Shown: positions 1-12,675, numbered from the stretch's first letter. The stretch is DNA of 64,000 bases from Octopus sinensis (GCF_006345805.1 NC_042998.1:9796001-9860000); one strand, 5' to 3'. The notes: generated by a model not told the origin, from the sequence alone. Translations and numbers: made by a program.

Positions 1-98
1 ACGGTTACAGAAGTCTGGTGCAGGCTTCTGCCTGACTGGCTCCTGTCAAACCATTCCACCCATGCCAGTATGGAAGGTGGACGTTAAATGATAATAAT
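1..98 (+). mobile_element. 3' tail fragment of RTE-type LINE/SINE
   Basis: Matches the 3' end of the RTE copy at 20422-21394 (ccatgccagtatggaaggtggacgttaaatgat..). Confidence 0.75.
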
Positions 99-470
99 GT
101 TTTAAAGTGATTTAAATTAAAACCTATTAAAATTTATGTTAATTTATGTTCCAAACATTAATTAATAACAACAAAGTTATTTTATTAATTGAAGCAAAAG
201 CATTATACTTCAACAGAAATATGATAATCAAAGGGTGAAAGAAACATATATTTACTAAATACACCACAAATTGTAACAAAACACATAAAATATTCTGTGT
301 CTTTTAACATCATGGCTAAATATGTAAAACGATGTTCATTTGTATCTCTTATTGTAAGTCAACTTATTTAAAATCAATGAATTATTTATCATTATTTTGC
401 TGTTATTTGTGCAGCTGCAACTAAGAAAACAAATTATGTTGTGCATTCTCCTGCTTGATCAAATACTATA

Positions 471-681
471 CAAAGGGGTGCTGAAAATTTCTTGGCTTTG
501 AATAAATACAAGAGGATCGGTTAATAATAATTTTAATCAACATATTCCCACCTCAGGTTCACACACTTGTTGCAGCAATCCTTCAGTTTTCTAAGCCTCA
601 TAAAAGAACTCAAAAGCTTGGGTCTCACACCAGGCCTTTCATGATACTCTTACAGCTGGGAACTTTTCAGCAACCACCTCA
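471..681. mobile_element. Tc1/mariner-type MITE
   Basis: Imperfect TIRs (caaaggggtgctgaaaatttc / revcomp tgaggtggttgctgaaaagttc) flanked by TA; a similar TIR starts at ~60975. Confidence 0.55.
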
Positions 682-750
682 TATGTGTATTAAGCTAAAG
701 TTAACATTTAAAATGCAATGACATTTTTTTTTTTGTATTTTCCATTTAGG

Positions 751-1539
751 ATAATAATGATAATAATGAAATTAATTGTATACAGTGCTCAGGTGCACCA
801 CAACTTGTCAGAAAGTGCATATAAAGTACATGCAGTAATGTAGAAATGTCTGGAAAGTGAACAGTGTATGAGTCAGATACATGCTTGTGTGTGTATGGAG
901 GGGAGAAAATCAAGTGTAGTGTTGGCGAATCTCAGGAAGCATGGAAGTTTTGAAGGATGCAGTGCTCCGACAACTAACAACTGATGCCGGCAGTTTGTTC
1001 CATGCTTCAGCAACTCTCAGCGTGAAAAAATGTTTCTGAAAGTCATAGGAGCTGTGCTGTTTTCTGACTTTGTAAATATGTCCACGGGTGTTAGACGGGT
1101 GGAGTTTGAAAAGGTGCTCAGAGTTATTGTTTGTAAGATGGTTGATAATTTTATGGGTGTCTGCCAAGTCAGCTGCCAGACATCGGAGTTTCAATGTATC
1201 CATGCCCAGGGAAGTAAGGCGTTCAGGATATGGCAAATGCCTGATGGAGGGTATTCTTTTGGTTGCACGTCGCTGAACAGCTTCCAGACGATTGAGATCC
1301 TGGGCAAGATAGGGGTTCCAGACCGGTGATGCAAATTCCAGGTGAGGTCTTACCATAGCTACATAAAGCCGCAGATAGATAGCCGGAGAGCGGCTCACAA
1401 AGGATTTGGTGAGTGATGCCAAGACACCCTCAGCCTTCTTGACAATTTTAGCGATGTGTTTTGTCCAACGCAAATCACTGTCGACAATAACACCCAGGTT
1501 ACGTTCACATGAAGACTTTTTGAGACTAGTGTTGTGGAG
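751..1539 (-). mobile_element. CR1-type LINE, 5'-truncated (RT C-terminus, 3' UTR, (ATT)n tail)
   Basis: ORF 910..1473 with RPHLEFASPVWNP and RLEAVQRRATK motifs; near-identical to the 3' part of 18119-19729. Confidence 0.93.
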
Positions 1540-1550
1540 GATTGAATAGC

Positions 1551-1771
1551 TTACTCTTTTACTCTTTTACTTGTTTCAGTCATTTAACTGCGGCCATGCT
1601 GGAGCACCGCCTTTAATCGAGCAACTTGACCCCGGGACTTATTCTTTTGTAAGCCCAGTACTTATTCTATCGGTCTCTTTTGCCGAACCGCTAAGTGACG
1701 GGGACGTAAACACACCAGCATCGGTTGTCAAGCAATGCTAGGGGGACAAACACAGACACACAAACACACGC

Positions 1772-1830
<59 letters not shown>

Positions 1831-1997
1831 TACGACAGGCTTCTTTCAGTTTCCGTCTACCAAATCCACTCACAAGGCATTGGTCGGCCCGGGGCTATAG
1901 CAGAAGACACTTGCCCAAGATGCCACGCAGTGGGACTGAACCCGGAACCATGTGGTTGGTTAGCAAGCTACTTACCACACAGCCACTCCTGCGCCTA
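1551..1997 (-). mobile_element. tRNA-derived SINE family A, full length
   Basis: Minus strand starts taggcgcaggagtggctgtgtgg (A box) .. ggttcagtccc (B box), has an internal (TA)n/(GT)n tract and an (AAGAGTA)n tail; about 12 copies in the window. Confidence 0.9.
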
Positions 1998-2287
1998 AAT
2001 GTTTACAAATCATAAGAAATAAGTGTATTTTACAGAAGTACACAAAAAGATGATTCTATCTGTAGGGTCCATTGATATATCAATTTCCATTTTGGCTCAT
2101 TTAAACTAAGTTGTTGAAAGAAGTCAACATAAGGTAAATCTAATTATATCAGTCTTGAATGCAAATCCAAAAAAAGCACAGATCTGCATGATTTGGTGTG
2201 AGAGTTGGGTACTTGATAAACATTATATATGGTATCTGCAATTATGTAGCTGTTTAAGTTTTAGAACATTAGATAGGCTTTACATCT

Positions 2288-2777
2288 CAAGTGAAATCGA
2301 AATCGAAGTCGAAATCAGACTCAGTGACTGGCATCTGTTGCTATTGGAGTTCTAAGAGTACCATACGAGTGAAATCGTTGCCAGAGCAACAAGCTGGCAT
2401 CTGTGCCGATGGCACGTTAAACACACCATTCGAGCGTGATCGTTACCGCGTCGCCTTACTAGCTCTTGTGCTGGTGGCACATGAAATATTTGATCGAGGT
2501 CGTCGCCAGTGCCGCTGGACTGGCTCCTGTGCAGGTGGCACATAAAAAGCACCATTTGGGCATGGCCATTGCCAGTTCCACCAAACTGGCCCTCGTGTCG
2601 GTGGCATGTAAAAGCACCCACTACACTCTTGGACTGGTTGGCATTAGGAAGGGCATCCAGCTGTAGAAACTCTACCAGATCAGATTGGAGCCTGGTTCAC
2701 CAGCCCTCAGTCAATCGTCCAACCCATGCTAGCATGGAAAGCGGACGTTAAATGATGATGATGATGATGATGATGAT
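2288..2777 (+). mobile_element. RTE 3' UTR-derived non-coding copy with 4-unit hairpin array
   Basis: Collinear with 20880-21394; ends catgctagcatggaaagcggacgttaaa(tga)n. Confidence 0.85.
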
Positions 2778-3074
2778 CTCAAATGATATTTGGTGGTGTA
2801 GGAATAAGTAATTCAGAATTGAACAAAAAATTAAAAAAATTAATGTTATATCAGGTTTAGTTTGAAATTTCTTTTTCACAAGACGATTAAAATTTTAAAA
2901 TTCTTGAAGCAATTTAACAAAAAACTTTTAGCTTTCAGTCTATTCATGAGTTTTTCTTTTGTATTTTTATGTCTTTCTTTTACTTTAGGTTGTTTTCTTA
3001 ACAACTAATTTGGTATTTATACATTAATGTCAATGTCATACCAATACTTGATGTGTTGCTCAAGTTTACATTTA

Positions 3075-3350
3075 ATAATAATAATAATAATAATTGTGTA
3101 CAGTGCTCAGGTGCACTACAACTCATCTAAAGTGTATATATAATCAGGTGTAGTTTCGGCGGATTTCGGAAAGCATGAGGGCCTTGAAGGATGCAGTGTC
3201 ATGGCAGTCAACAACTGACGCAGGCAGTTTATTCCATGCTTCAGCAACTCTGAGCGTGAAAAAATGTTTCCGAAAGTCATGGGAGCTGTGTTGTTTTCTG
3301 ACTTTGTAGGCATGTCCACGTGTGTTAGACACATGGAGATCAAAAAGGTG
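3075..3350 (-). mobile_element. CR1-type LINE 3' fragment
   Basis: ORF NTRGHAYKVRKQHSSHDFRKHFFTLRVAEAWNKLP plus cacctgagcactgtac..(ATT)n tail. Confidence 0.88.
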
Positions 3351-3731
3351 TTCAGTGTTCAGTTTCTCAAGAGCTTTGAACTTTACTCATGTAACCTGAA
3401 TTTGACACATAATTAAAATATATTACATCTGTACAATTATAATACTGTAATAGGCTTGCTAATTTTTTGAATGAATTTACATTATTTGTAAGAAATTGCC
3501 AGTCAAGAAGCTATCAAAAAACTGCCTTTTGTGTCTGGATGTGAATTTTCTCAACAGGTGACATTACGTTTTCAAACATAATGTAGCAAACTTCAAACAA
3601 TAGAAATCTGCTACCAAAATATTATATCTGCTTTGTCTGTTTTATACTTACTCTATAAATGCTCATGAACATCATAACTCAGAGTCTACCATCCAACGAA
3701 ACCATTAAGGATGATCATTCAATGATAAATA

Positions 3732-4996
3732 TTAGGTTGTCAAGTATGAAATTTGTAGAAAAGAAAATTAAGTTTGCTAATGTTTTATAAATACAAGGAA
3801 TAGTTTTATTCATCAAAGTATGGACCCATACTGTCAATACACCTTTGCCATTTCAGTGGTAGCTTGTCCAGCCTGGAACTGTAAAAGCCTGGCTACCTAG
3901 AGTCAATAAAATCTTGGAATGCCTGTTTTACAGCATTGTCGAAATTAAATTCTTTTCCTATCAAAAAGTTATCCAAATTCTGGAAGAAGTGGTGGTCAGA
4001 GGGGGCAAGATCAGGTGAGTATGGTGGATGATGGAGAACTTCCAACTCCAACTCCTGTAGTTTTGCCAATGCCATTTTTGCGATGTATGGTCTGAGGTTG
4101 TCCTGCAATAAAATAGGAATGGATCTGTTGACTAATCTAAGCTGTTGCTTTATAAGTTTCTGCATCATTTGGTCCAGTTGGCTGCAGTATACTTCGGCCA
4201 TGATTGATGAGCCAGGTTTAATAAAATCATAGTGGATCACACCTGCGCCAGACCACCAAACACACACCATCAGCTTCTTTTGATGAATTTTGCTTTTTGG
4301 ACTGTCTTTGTCCAACCATTGTGCTGAACGTTTATGGTTGTTGTATTGGATCCATTTCTCATCACATGTTACAATTCAATTAAAAATTATTCATTTTTGT
4401 GATGAGAAAGTAGCATAATGCAGGCTTCCAAACATTGCTGATTCTGATTTTCATTGAGTTCATGTGGAACCCACTAATCCAACTTTTTCACTTTACCGAT
4501 TTGAACCAGGTGAATCAATATTATTTGTTTGCTAACACCAAACAACAACGACCATTCACGGACACTTTGAGATGGATCTGGCTCAACGGTGGCCTTCAAT
4601 TCGTCATTATCCACCTTTGTTTCTGGTCGATCGTGTTGCTCATTTGTAAGGTCAAAGTTACCAGAACGAAATTTTGCAAACCAATTTGATACTGTCTACT
4701 GTGTAATAACATTAGAATTAAATATTCCATTAATATTTCGTGCTGTCTGTGATGCTGTATTTCCAAGAAAGAACTCATATTTCAAAACTGTACAAATTTC
4801 CGACTTATCCATCTCTAAACAAAAATAGAAATAATTGATTTATAAATACTTTGTAAAGTGCAAAATGAGTTAGAATAAAGAAATAGATATGTCAGCTTTC
4901 TACCAAAAAAAAAAAAAAAGATAATAATGGCACAAAATGAGCAGCTGTCAAAGTTTACCATATACCTTACCACAAATTTCATACTTGATGACCTAA
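3732..4996 (-). mobile_element. Full-length decayed mariner transposon (~1.27 kb)
   Basis: TIRs ttaggttgtcaagtatgaaatttgt / acaaatttcatacttgatgacctaa with TA flanks; ORF 3893..4315 has KKLMVCVWW, LQDNLRPY and HPPYSPDLAPSD mariner motifs; frameshifted. Confidence 0.92.
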
Positions 4997-5694
4997 TACT
5001 AATGAGGTCAAGGAATCAGCTCTATTTAATCTATAGAATTAATAATTAATTTTTATTTGTATGACACTAAGGAGTGGTTGTTTTACAAGTGCATGCTTTT
5101 GTTATAAGCTTGCATATTTGTGTGTTTGTTGAAAACCATCATTGCATGGTTGATTATTAAAAAGAATGATACTATATCCTTAAATTGAATGTAAGATCAG
5201 GCTGACTGCACGTGACATGAAGTAAGTAAATGGGTTTGAAATGTCTAATGAGTTACATTAACTTCATAGACATACTAATGTCTAAAACATTTTTGGTTCT
5301 TGTCAGATGTATTTTGTCAGACCTAATCCAGACAGAATGTCTTAATGTACCCCAATAAAATAAAGTTCCAATGAAGAATTTGTGCATGCAGACAATGCAG
5401 TACATCTAAACTTGCTGCTTTTGATTTTCTAAGTAAACAGTTTGCTGATTTTGACTTTGCAACAACAGTTTTTTTTCCATACCATTAGAACAATTTGTAG
5501 AAAAGTACTCTAATTAGAACTATAGGTATATCTGATCCTTAAGTAATTATTGTTGACTTACAGCAGTCCTTATAATGTTGTTATCTAGTTCAAGCTCCCT
5601 CCTGTTTGAGCAACCCATCAAAAGTACTTATTAATCCAGGAATAGGTTAGATCCTTTTCAGAATGGAAATTTGTCTCTTGAAGAACCATCCAAA

Positions 5695-5963
5695 CATGGC
5701 CGTTGCCAGTGCCGCCTCAACTGGCCTCTGTGCCAGTGGCATGTAAAAAGCACCAACCGATCATGGCCCTTGCCAGCCTCGCCTGGCACGTAAAAAGCAC
5801 CCACTACACTCACGGAGTGGTTGGTGTTAGGAAGGGCATCTAGCTATAGAAACACTGCCAGATCAGACTGGGCCTAATGCAGCCTCTTTGCTTCCCAGAC
5901 CCCAGTTGAACCGTCCAACCCATGCTGGGATGGAAAGCGGACGTTAAACGATGATGATGATGA
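5695..5963 (+). mobile_element. RTE 3' UTR-derived copy (2 hairpin units)
   Basis: Same modules and (GAT)n tail as 21100-21394. Confidence 0.85.
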
Positions 5964-6298
5964 ATTTTGCTGATTTTGGCATAAATTTTGTCACAAGTCT
6001 TATTAATGATTCTGAGTTCAATAGGCTGAAACCTAAAAAATACATTCTCCAATTCTTACATTGCCAGAGAGTTATTGCTTAATTATAATTGATATGGAGG
6101 AATAAATTCAATATACTTCACCTATGTTACCATAATGAAAAAGCTTCCAAAAAGGGTGCCTCCCCATCCACCCACGAAAAAAAAAGCACGTGTTATATAA
6201 GGCAGATTAGTAGCAAGGTTTGGTAGGGCCAGATTTAAGAAGAAAATATGCCTACCTAGACTAAAACTATAGATATTAACTGTTTTATACATTGTCCA

Positions 6299-6438
6299 CT
6301 CTGCTGGGTGGTTGGTGTTAGGAAGGGCATCCAGCTGTAAAAGCCATGCCAAAACAGACACAGAAGTCTGGTGCAGGCTCCTACCTGGCCAGTGCCTGTC
6401 AAACCATCCAACCCATGCCAGCATGGAACAACGACGAC

Positions 6439-6513
<75 letters not shown>

Positions 6514-6565
6514 GGTGGTGGTGGTGATGTTGATGGTGATGATGATGATGATGATGATGATGATT
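6299..6565 (+). mobile_element. RTE 3' tail fragment with expanded (GAT)n/(GGT)n microsatellite
   Basis: gtggttggtgttaggaagggcatccagctgt..ccatccaacccatgccagcatgg followed by a triplet tract. Confidence 0.8.
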
Positions 6566-6786
6566 TGAAAAATCATTATAAAAATCTAATTTAATGCATA
6601 ACTCTATAATTGTCTAATATTTTGATGTCATTCAGTCACAGCTTCCTTGTTGTTTTCCAGCTATTTTACTAACGTGTGATGGCTTTAACCCTATGTATTG
6701 TCACTGCAGGTCCAAAATAATTAAATATCACAAGTACAGAATATAATTCCTACTTTTCTTAGTGAGCAGTAGGAAAGTGTAGACTT

Positions 6787-7444
6787 GGGTGCAGGAGTGG
6801 CTGTGTGGTAAGTAGCTTGCTTACCAACCACATGGTTCCAGGTTCAGTCCCACTGCGTGGCACCTTGGTCAAGTGTCTTCTACTATAGCCTTGGACCAAC
6901 CAAAGCCTTGTGAGTGGATTTGGTAGACAGAAACTGAAAGAAGCCCGTCATATATATATGAGGCGCAATGGCCTAGTGGTTAGGGCAGCGGACTTGCGGT
7001 CGGAGGATCGCGGTTTCGATTCCCAGACCGGGCGTTGTGTGTGTTTATTGAGCGAAAACACCTAAAAGCTCCACGAGGCTCCGGCAGGGGATGGTGATCC
7101 CTGCTGTACTCTTTCACCACTCTAAAGGCGGTGCTCCAGCATGGCCGCAGTCAAATGACTGAAACAAGTACAAAAAAAAAAATATATATATATATATATA
7201 TACATATATGTGCTTGTGTGTGTATATGTTTGTGTGCTTGTGTTTGTCCCCCACAACATCGCTTGACAACCGATGCTGGTGTGTTCACGTCCCTGTAACT
7301 TAGCAGTTAGGTAAAAGATTCTGATAGAATGAGTACTAGTCTTACAAAGAATAAGTCCTGAGGTCGATTTGCTCGACTAAAAGGCAGTGCTCCAGCATGG
7401 CTGCAGTCAAATGACTGAAATAAAATAAAAGAATAAAAGAATAA
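6787..7444 (+). mobile_element. SINE family A interrupted by a nested SINE
   Basis: Family A head 6787-6950 and body/tail 7190-7444, split inside its (TA)n tract. Confidence 0.85.
6961..7182 (+). mobile_element. Chimeric SINE: family B tRNA head fused to family A 3' tail
   Basis: ggcgcaatggcctagtggttaggg (A box) .. ggtttcgattcc (B box); from 7123 identical to the family A tail taaaggcggtgctccagcatggccgcagtc; ends in poly(A). Confidence 0.75.
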
Positions 7445-7515
7445 ACAATTAACATGTTTATTAAAAAAAAATACTATAATTGAATACTTTTGTTCTTTAA
7501 TAGTTTCATGATTAA

Positions 7516-7737
7516 TCCTTTTGTTACTGTATTTATTTTGAGATGCTCTGTGTTACTTTCAATTAATTTTAAATATAACAAAGAATTTAGTACAATAACT
7601 TCGTTATCATTCAGCTAGTGTTAGGAATGTAAATTGTGACTAAGGTTTGGTGGAAGATATTAATTCAAAACTTATGAAAACAAGACATTTGTACTACAGA
7701 GCCAGAGCCGGTTTCAGCCGGGTTGGTAACAAAAGGG
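7516..7737. mobile_element. piggyBac-like MITE
   Basis: TTAA-tccttttgttac ... gtaacaaaaggg-TTAA. A similar right end (gtaacgaaagggttaa) ends at 28101. Confidence 0.65.
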
Positions 7738-8162
7738 TTAAGTGTTTCAACCATGTTGCTTCTTAAAGTCTTCAAAGCCTTTTGTTGACGATAATCTTCA
7801 TTAATGCTTACTACCTATGCTGAATATTTACTCATCAGTCTGCCTGATATGGAACCATTAAGATGACTGAATACCAGCATTAAGAGAAGAAATTAAATTT
7901 GGTATTCGTGGAATCCTTTCCAAAGTTGAATATTTGCTGTGAATAAATAAGCAAAAACACAAAAACTGGATATATTTATTCTGTTAAGTTGGTGTTAACA
8001 TATTTAATGCAGTGAGGATCAAAAAGATAATTAAAAAATAATTATGCAGTGAGAAAAGAAAAAAAGACAATGTTTGCTCAATGATTAAATATTTTAATAA
8101 CTTTGGTATGTACTGGAGACAACATGAGAAGTGTTTCAGCATTATTAGATCTCCTCTAAAAT

Positions 8163-8385
8163 GGCAAGCTGGCAGAATTGTTAGTTCATAGTGCAAAATG
8201 CTTGCAACATTTGGTCTGTCATTATGTTCTGAGTTCAAATTCCACCGAGGTCTACTTTGGCTTTCATCCTTTCACAGTAGATGAAATATATACCAGTTGA
8301 ACACTGGGTTCAATGTAATCGAGAAGCCCCTTCCCCTAAAATTTCAGGCCTTATTCCTATAGCAGAAAGGACTATTAGATCCCCT
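8163..8385 (+). mobile_element. SINE family C, diverged
   Basis: gcaagctggcagaattgttag..ttctgagttcaaattccaccgaggtc..ctttcatcctt motif shared with 22863-23092. Confidence 0.75.
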
Positions 8386-8508
8386 CAATGAAGCATAGAC
8401 TACAGTATATTTGCGAAAGTAATGATGAAATAATCATTAGGTAAATGTAAAATAATATACATAGGCTGAAAATTTGCATGTGTAAATGAAAAAAAAAAAA
8501 AATGATAA

Positions 8509-8568
8509 TCTCTCTCTATATAAAGCTGAAGTTGTCTGTGTATGGCAGGTTTGGTAGCCTTCAACTAA
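8509..8568 (+). mobile_element. Isolated Helitron 5' end
   Basis: A|TCtctctctatataaagctgaagttgtctgtg..ggtagccttcaactaa matches the revcomp of 49205-49263. Confidence 0.65.
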
Positions 8569-9142
8569 GTGAGATGGTCTCTTGCCCATAACTATTTTTC
8601 TTACTTAACATGCTTGTGTCATGTTTGACAAAAGGTACCACCCTTGGGCTGCAATGCCGAATCATACACATATTACTTAATACGGTTGTTTTAGCTCTTT
8701 CTATGTATTCCATCTTTAATAGCAATGAACTATGTTCATATTATCTATCACATTGTATTACAAAAGACTTTCAACTCCTCCATTTGTTATCTCATGAATG
8801 TTGTTCTATTAGATCAGACATACATTCATATGTTAATATAAATGCTTGGAGTTTAATACAAGTACATGAAAACTCAAATAAGTACTTGTGTGATCTTCCT
8901 AACTGCACACACAAGCTACCCAATTTTGCGTTCAACCGATGATGAATTAATTACTAAAACCCACTAAACAAGAAATCCTTCCCAAGTTGGAGGTACAGTG
9001 AGAGACACACAATGTTTTCACTCTTGACATAATTAGGCAATTTGATAAAACAACTGCAAAGCAATCAAACCATTACATCTCCAGACTCTTGTTATTCATT
9101 TGACTTAAAATGAAATTATTCATGACATTCTAAAGGATTCTA

Positions 9143-9365
9143 TTACTCTTTACTCTTTTTACTCTTTTACTTGTTTCAGTCATTTGACTGCGGGCCATGC
9201 TGGAGCACTGCCTTTAGTCGAGCAAATCGACCCCGGGACTAATTCTTTGTAAGCCCAGTACTTATTCTATCGGTCTCTTTTGCCGAACCGCTAAGTGACG
9301 GGGACGTAAACACATCAGCATCAGTTGTCAAGCAATGTTAGGGGGACAAACACAGACACACAAAC

Positions 9366-9402
<37 letters not shown>

Positions 9403-9563
9403 CGATAAGCTTCTTTCAGTTTCCGTCTACCAAATCCACTCACAAGGCATTGGTTGGCCAGGGGCTATAGCAGAAGACACTTGCCCAAGATGCCACGCAG
9501 TGGGACTGAACCCAGAACCATGTGGTTGGTTAGCAAGCTACTTACCACACAGCCACTCCTGAG
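9143..9563 (-). mobile_element. SINE family A, full length
   Basis: Near-identical to 1551-1997. Confidence 0.9.
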
Positions 9564-9924
9564 CTATTCTTTTATGAAAAGTACAGTATCTTCTTTTATG
9601 ATGAAATTTCATGCAAATATTATTTCTATAAAACAAGTTTCTTTCTAAGGTCTGACTTTTGTTTTTTAATAATAATATTTGAGGTTTGTATGGTGAAAAT
9701 AGCTTGGAGACTACTGGAATAATTATATTTTGATGGACAGAAATGTTTTATTGGGATTTTGTAGTTGTCCAAAACACTTACTCAATGTTTTCAATCTAAA
9801 TAATAACCAGGTACACAAATATGTGTGTGTGTAAATAGGTTTCATTGGCATTTGAGGTGTATAAATATATTTTGTTTGCATTTGTAATTACATTTCCATC
9901 TTTCAAAAATTGCAATAACTGCAA

Positions 9925-10400
9925 ACATGGCCTAGATACTGCAGGCTTCCCTTCCTAGCTCAAGCCAATGAAGCTAGACTGAGGAGATGTTAAAAGGCTT
10001 GATGGTATGACAATTTTCCCATTCTGTGGTGGTAGGCCTCTCATCTGGGATGCCACATGCTGTGACACCTTCTCTGGTGGCAACTTGGTGAGTTCAGCTA
10101 CCAGCCCAGGCTCCACGGCTTGTCAGGCTGAGAGAAGCAAACTATCAAAGTATTGGTCACTCTCTGACAGGTTTGTGGTTGAGCCTGTGGCAGTGGAGAC
10201 CTCCAGCATTTTCAACCCCCAGACCATATTCCTGCTCACAGCTATCAAGGAGAAAATGGTTGTCTGTAAGTGCAAGCCCTTTGACTCAGAGTGGCTGTTC
10301 CAGTGCATCTCCCATGCTATCCTCCTGGGCAATGCCTTTTCCATTTTGTCTGCTGGGACCATGAAGTAGTCTGAATTACAGGAAATCATACGTTCCACTC
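9925..10400 (+). pseudogene. CRE/NeSL-like non-LTR retrotransposon fragment, restriction-like endonuclease (RLE) domain
   Basis: Reads KRLDGMTIFPF..GRPLIWDATCCDT..AE..KLSKY..PVAVET..ISHAILLGNA, matching the RPDG..WD.T..D..K..KY..P.A.ET RLE pattern. Confidence 0.8.
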
Positions 10401-11039
10401 CTTAATGTAAACTTACTCCATATAAATTGCACTTTGTTAATAATTTTTCTAGGACATTTCAAGTTTCACATGGAAAACGGTATAATATTAATGCTTTTAT
10501 TCTTGAATACACATTACTTTATCCAGTTGTTCTGAAAAAGAGCCAAATTCTGTAAATTTTGTAGTAAGTATAACTTTAACAATTATTGATCAAGGCTGTT
10601 ATATCTGCACGATAAATCCAAAGTTGAATGGTTTGGTAGAACAACTATAATGACAAGCAGAGCAGTTGTTGTCGAAGGAAAATTTGAGAACATTGAAATA
10701 TGAATATGTTATCTTTAATTCTCGTAAAAGAAAAGAAAAAAATTCCTTCAAGTTAATCTTTGAACTACATTTTGCTTGTATATCAAGTGTACCCCTTGAT
10801 ATTGTTTCCTCATAACTTTCAGAAAAATTAATATTTTTTAATGCAATTTTCAACAAATATGCTTCAGATGATGTAGATTCCTATGATACCAGAATATGTT
10901 GTAAACACTTTTTCTGAGATGGAAGAAAAAAGTTTGGGAACATTCATATGAGATAGGTTTGTTTCCTTATAGATTTCAGAAAAATTGGTATTATTTTTCT
11001 ATGGAACTTTCTACATATACCTTTCAGATGGAAACATAT

Positions 11040-11573
11040 ACCTATTCAATGTGTGTGGTTTCAGCAGGCTGAGGCAACAGCCCACACATCCAGAGCATCA
11101 ATGGACATTCTGCTCTTTCTTTGGTAACAGCCTCATTTCCAGATTTTCTGACATTCTTTGGCCCCCTTGGTCTCCTGATTTGTCCATATTTGATTATTTC
11201 TTGTAGGGAAATCTCAAAGCATGTGTGTATGCACTAAAGCCCCATACATTTGATGATTTGAAGGAAGATATTCACATTTAAGAAGATGCCCCAGCATGGC
11301 CACAGCTCGTGAGCTGAAACTAGATAAAAAAAAAATGGAAGTCACCCAAATCGACAGAGCAATACTGGCGAGAGTGAAGGGCAACTTCCAAGAACCCCCT
11401 CCAGAAATGCATTAATGAAACCGGATACAACATGACGGATGTTGTTTTCCACACTTGATTCTGGCAAATGCTAATTCAATACGAACACATTGATGTCAAT
11501 AAAATTTGTTTGCAGCTAAAATTAATGAGTTTGTGAATATTTCAAAAACGTCTATCTTCCCTTTCTCACCCTG
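11040..11573 (+). mobile_element. Decayed Tc1/mariner-superfamily transposase 3' part with right TIR
   Basis: FQQ(A)EATAHTS..WPPWSPDLSIFDYFL*GNLK..VY; ends caccctg|TA. Second-to-third Asp spacing is about 40-41 by manual count across a frameshift. Confidence 0.75.
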
Positions 11574-11793
11574 TATCAACATTGTACCAAAAAATGTTTT
11601 TACAAGTTGTCACTAGAAAATGAAATAATATGGAAAATACCATCAAAATATATGCTGATTGCATAGACCTTGTTAATACTAGCGAACAAGTTATCTCGCA
11701 TATATGTGACTTTCAGATGTTTTAACACTTAATGATATGGGGGAATCATCTTCAGAACACTGGCTACAGCAAACTGGCAAGTGTATATATATA

Positions 11794-12177
11794 CTAGCAG
11801 TATCGCCCGGCGTTGCTCGGGTTTGTAAGGGAAATAACTATAAAGCATTTTTAGAGAGTTATAGCCAAAAAATAGCAAAAAAATGGGGTAAAAAATTATG
11901 GTAAATTTTTTTGATAGTTAAAAAGGTCGAGTTGCGTCCCCTAGACCATCTGTGGTTTGTGTTTCTGATTGTCGACCCCATGTCGAATTTATCGATCTTT
12001 TTCAGAACTGGGGGAACTTTTCAAAATTTTCGCTGCGTTAGTTTTGAATTATGACATTGGGCTATGTGTGTGTCAAGTTTCATCAGAATCGGTTGAAAGC
12101 CGTGGTCAGGGTGAGGGTACAACCTAACAGACACACAGAAACACACACAGACAAACTGCCGTTTATATAGAGAGAGA
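11794..12177 (-). mobile_element. Non-autonomous Helitron
   Basis: Minus strand A|TC.. to CCCGAGCAACGCCGGG hairpin + CTAG|T. Confidence 0.85.
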
Positions 12178-12180
12178 TAA

Positions 12181-12595
12181 CTAGAATGAGATCCACTATG
12201 GTCTTACCATTCCTTTGTTAGTGGTAAGACCATAGCGGATCTTCTTCTAGCATAATGGATGTCCACTTACAGTTCATCCCACTTATATAATAGTTTCACT
12301 TTAATAGTTTCAGTATTAAAGTGAAACTATTAAAGTGAAAGAATCTGACATTACAATAGAGAGATGTTTTGGTTTCACTTTTGACATGTAATACTGAAAT
12401 AGTGAAGATATGATATTGCTGTGGGTTCACCCTAGGCAAGAAGTTAAAATTTTTTGCCCATGACACTACATGGACCCTAAGTAAGGCACGTGTAAAATTT
12501 GAATGAAATTGGTTGTGTAGTTCTCAAGCTTTAGGGGTTCACACAGACATACAGACACACACACACACACACATTCTCAGTTTTATATATATAGA
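12181..12595 (-). mobile_element. Non-autonomous Helitron with long terminal palindrome
   Basis: Minus A|TCtatatatataaaactg.. to ..ttCTAG|T; 29-bp-arm hairpin at 12181-12250. Confidence 0.7.
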
Positions 12596-12675
12596 TTATA
12601 ATAACAAGGGCACTAATGAATAGCACGGACTGGAAGCGAGGAAAGTGAATAAATAAGATTTCTTAAAACAGGTTT

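Noticed and set aside
2376-2630. CRISPR array
   Set aside because: Eukaryotic retroelement UTR context, degenerate repeats, short variable parts lying inside hairpins, and no cas genes.
10599-10856. ORF 10599-10856 (minus) and ORF 59702-59950 (plus)
   Set aside because: No recognisable domain or clear splice context; lengths are compatible with chance.
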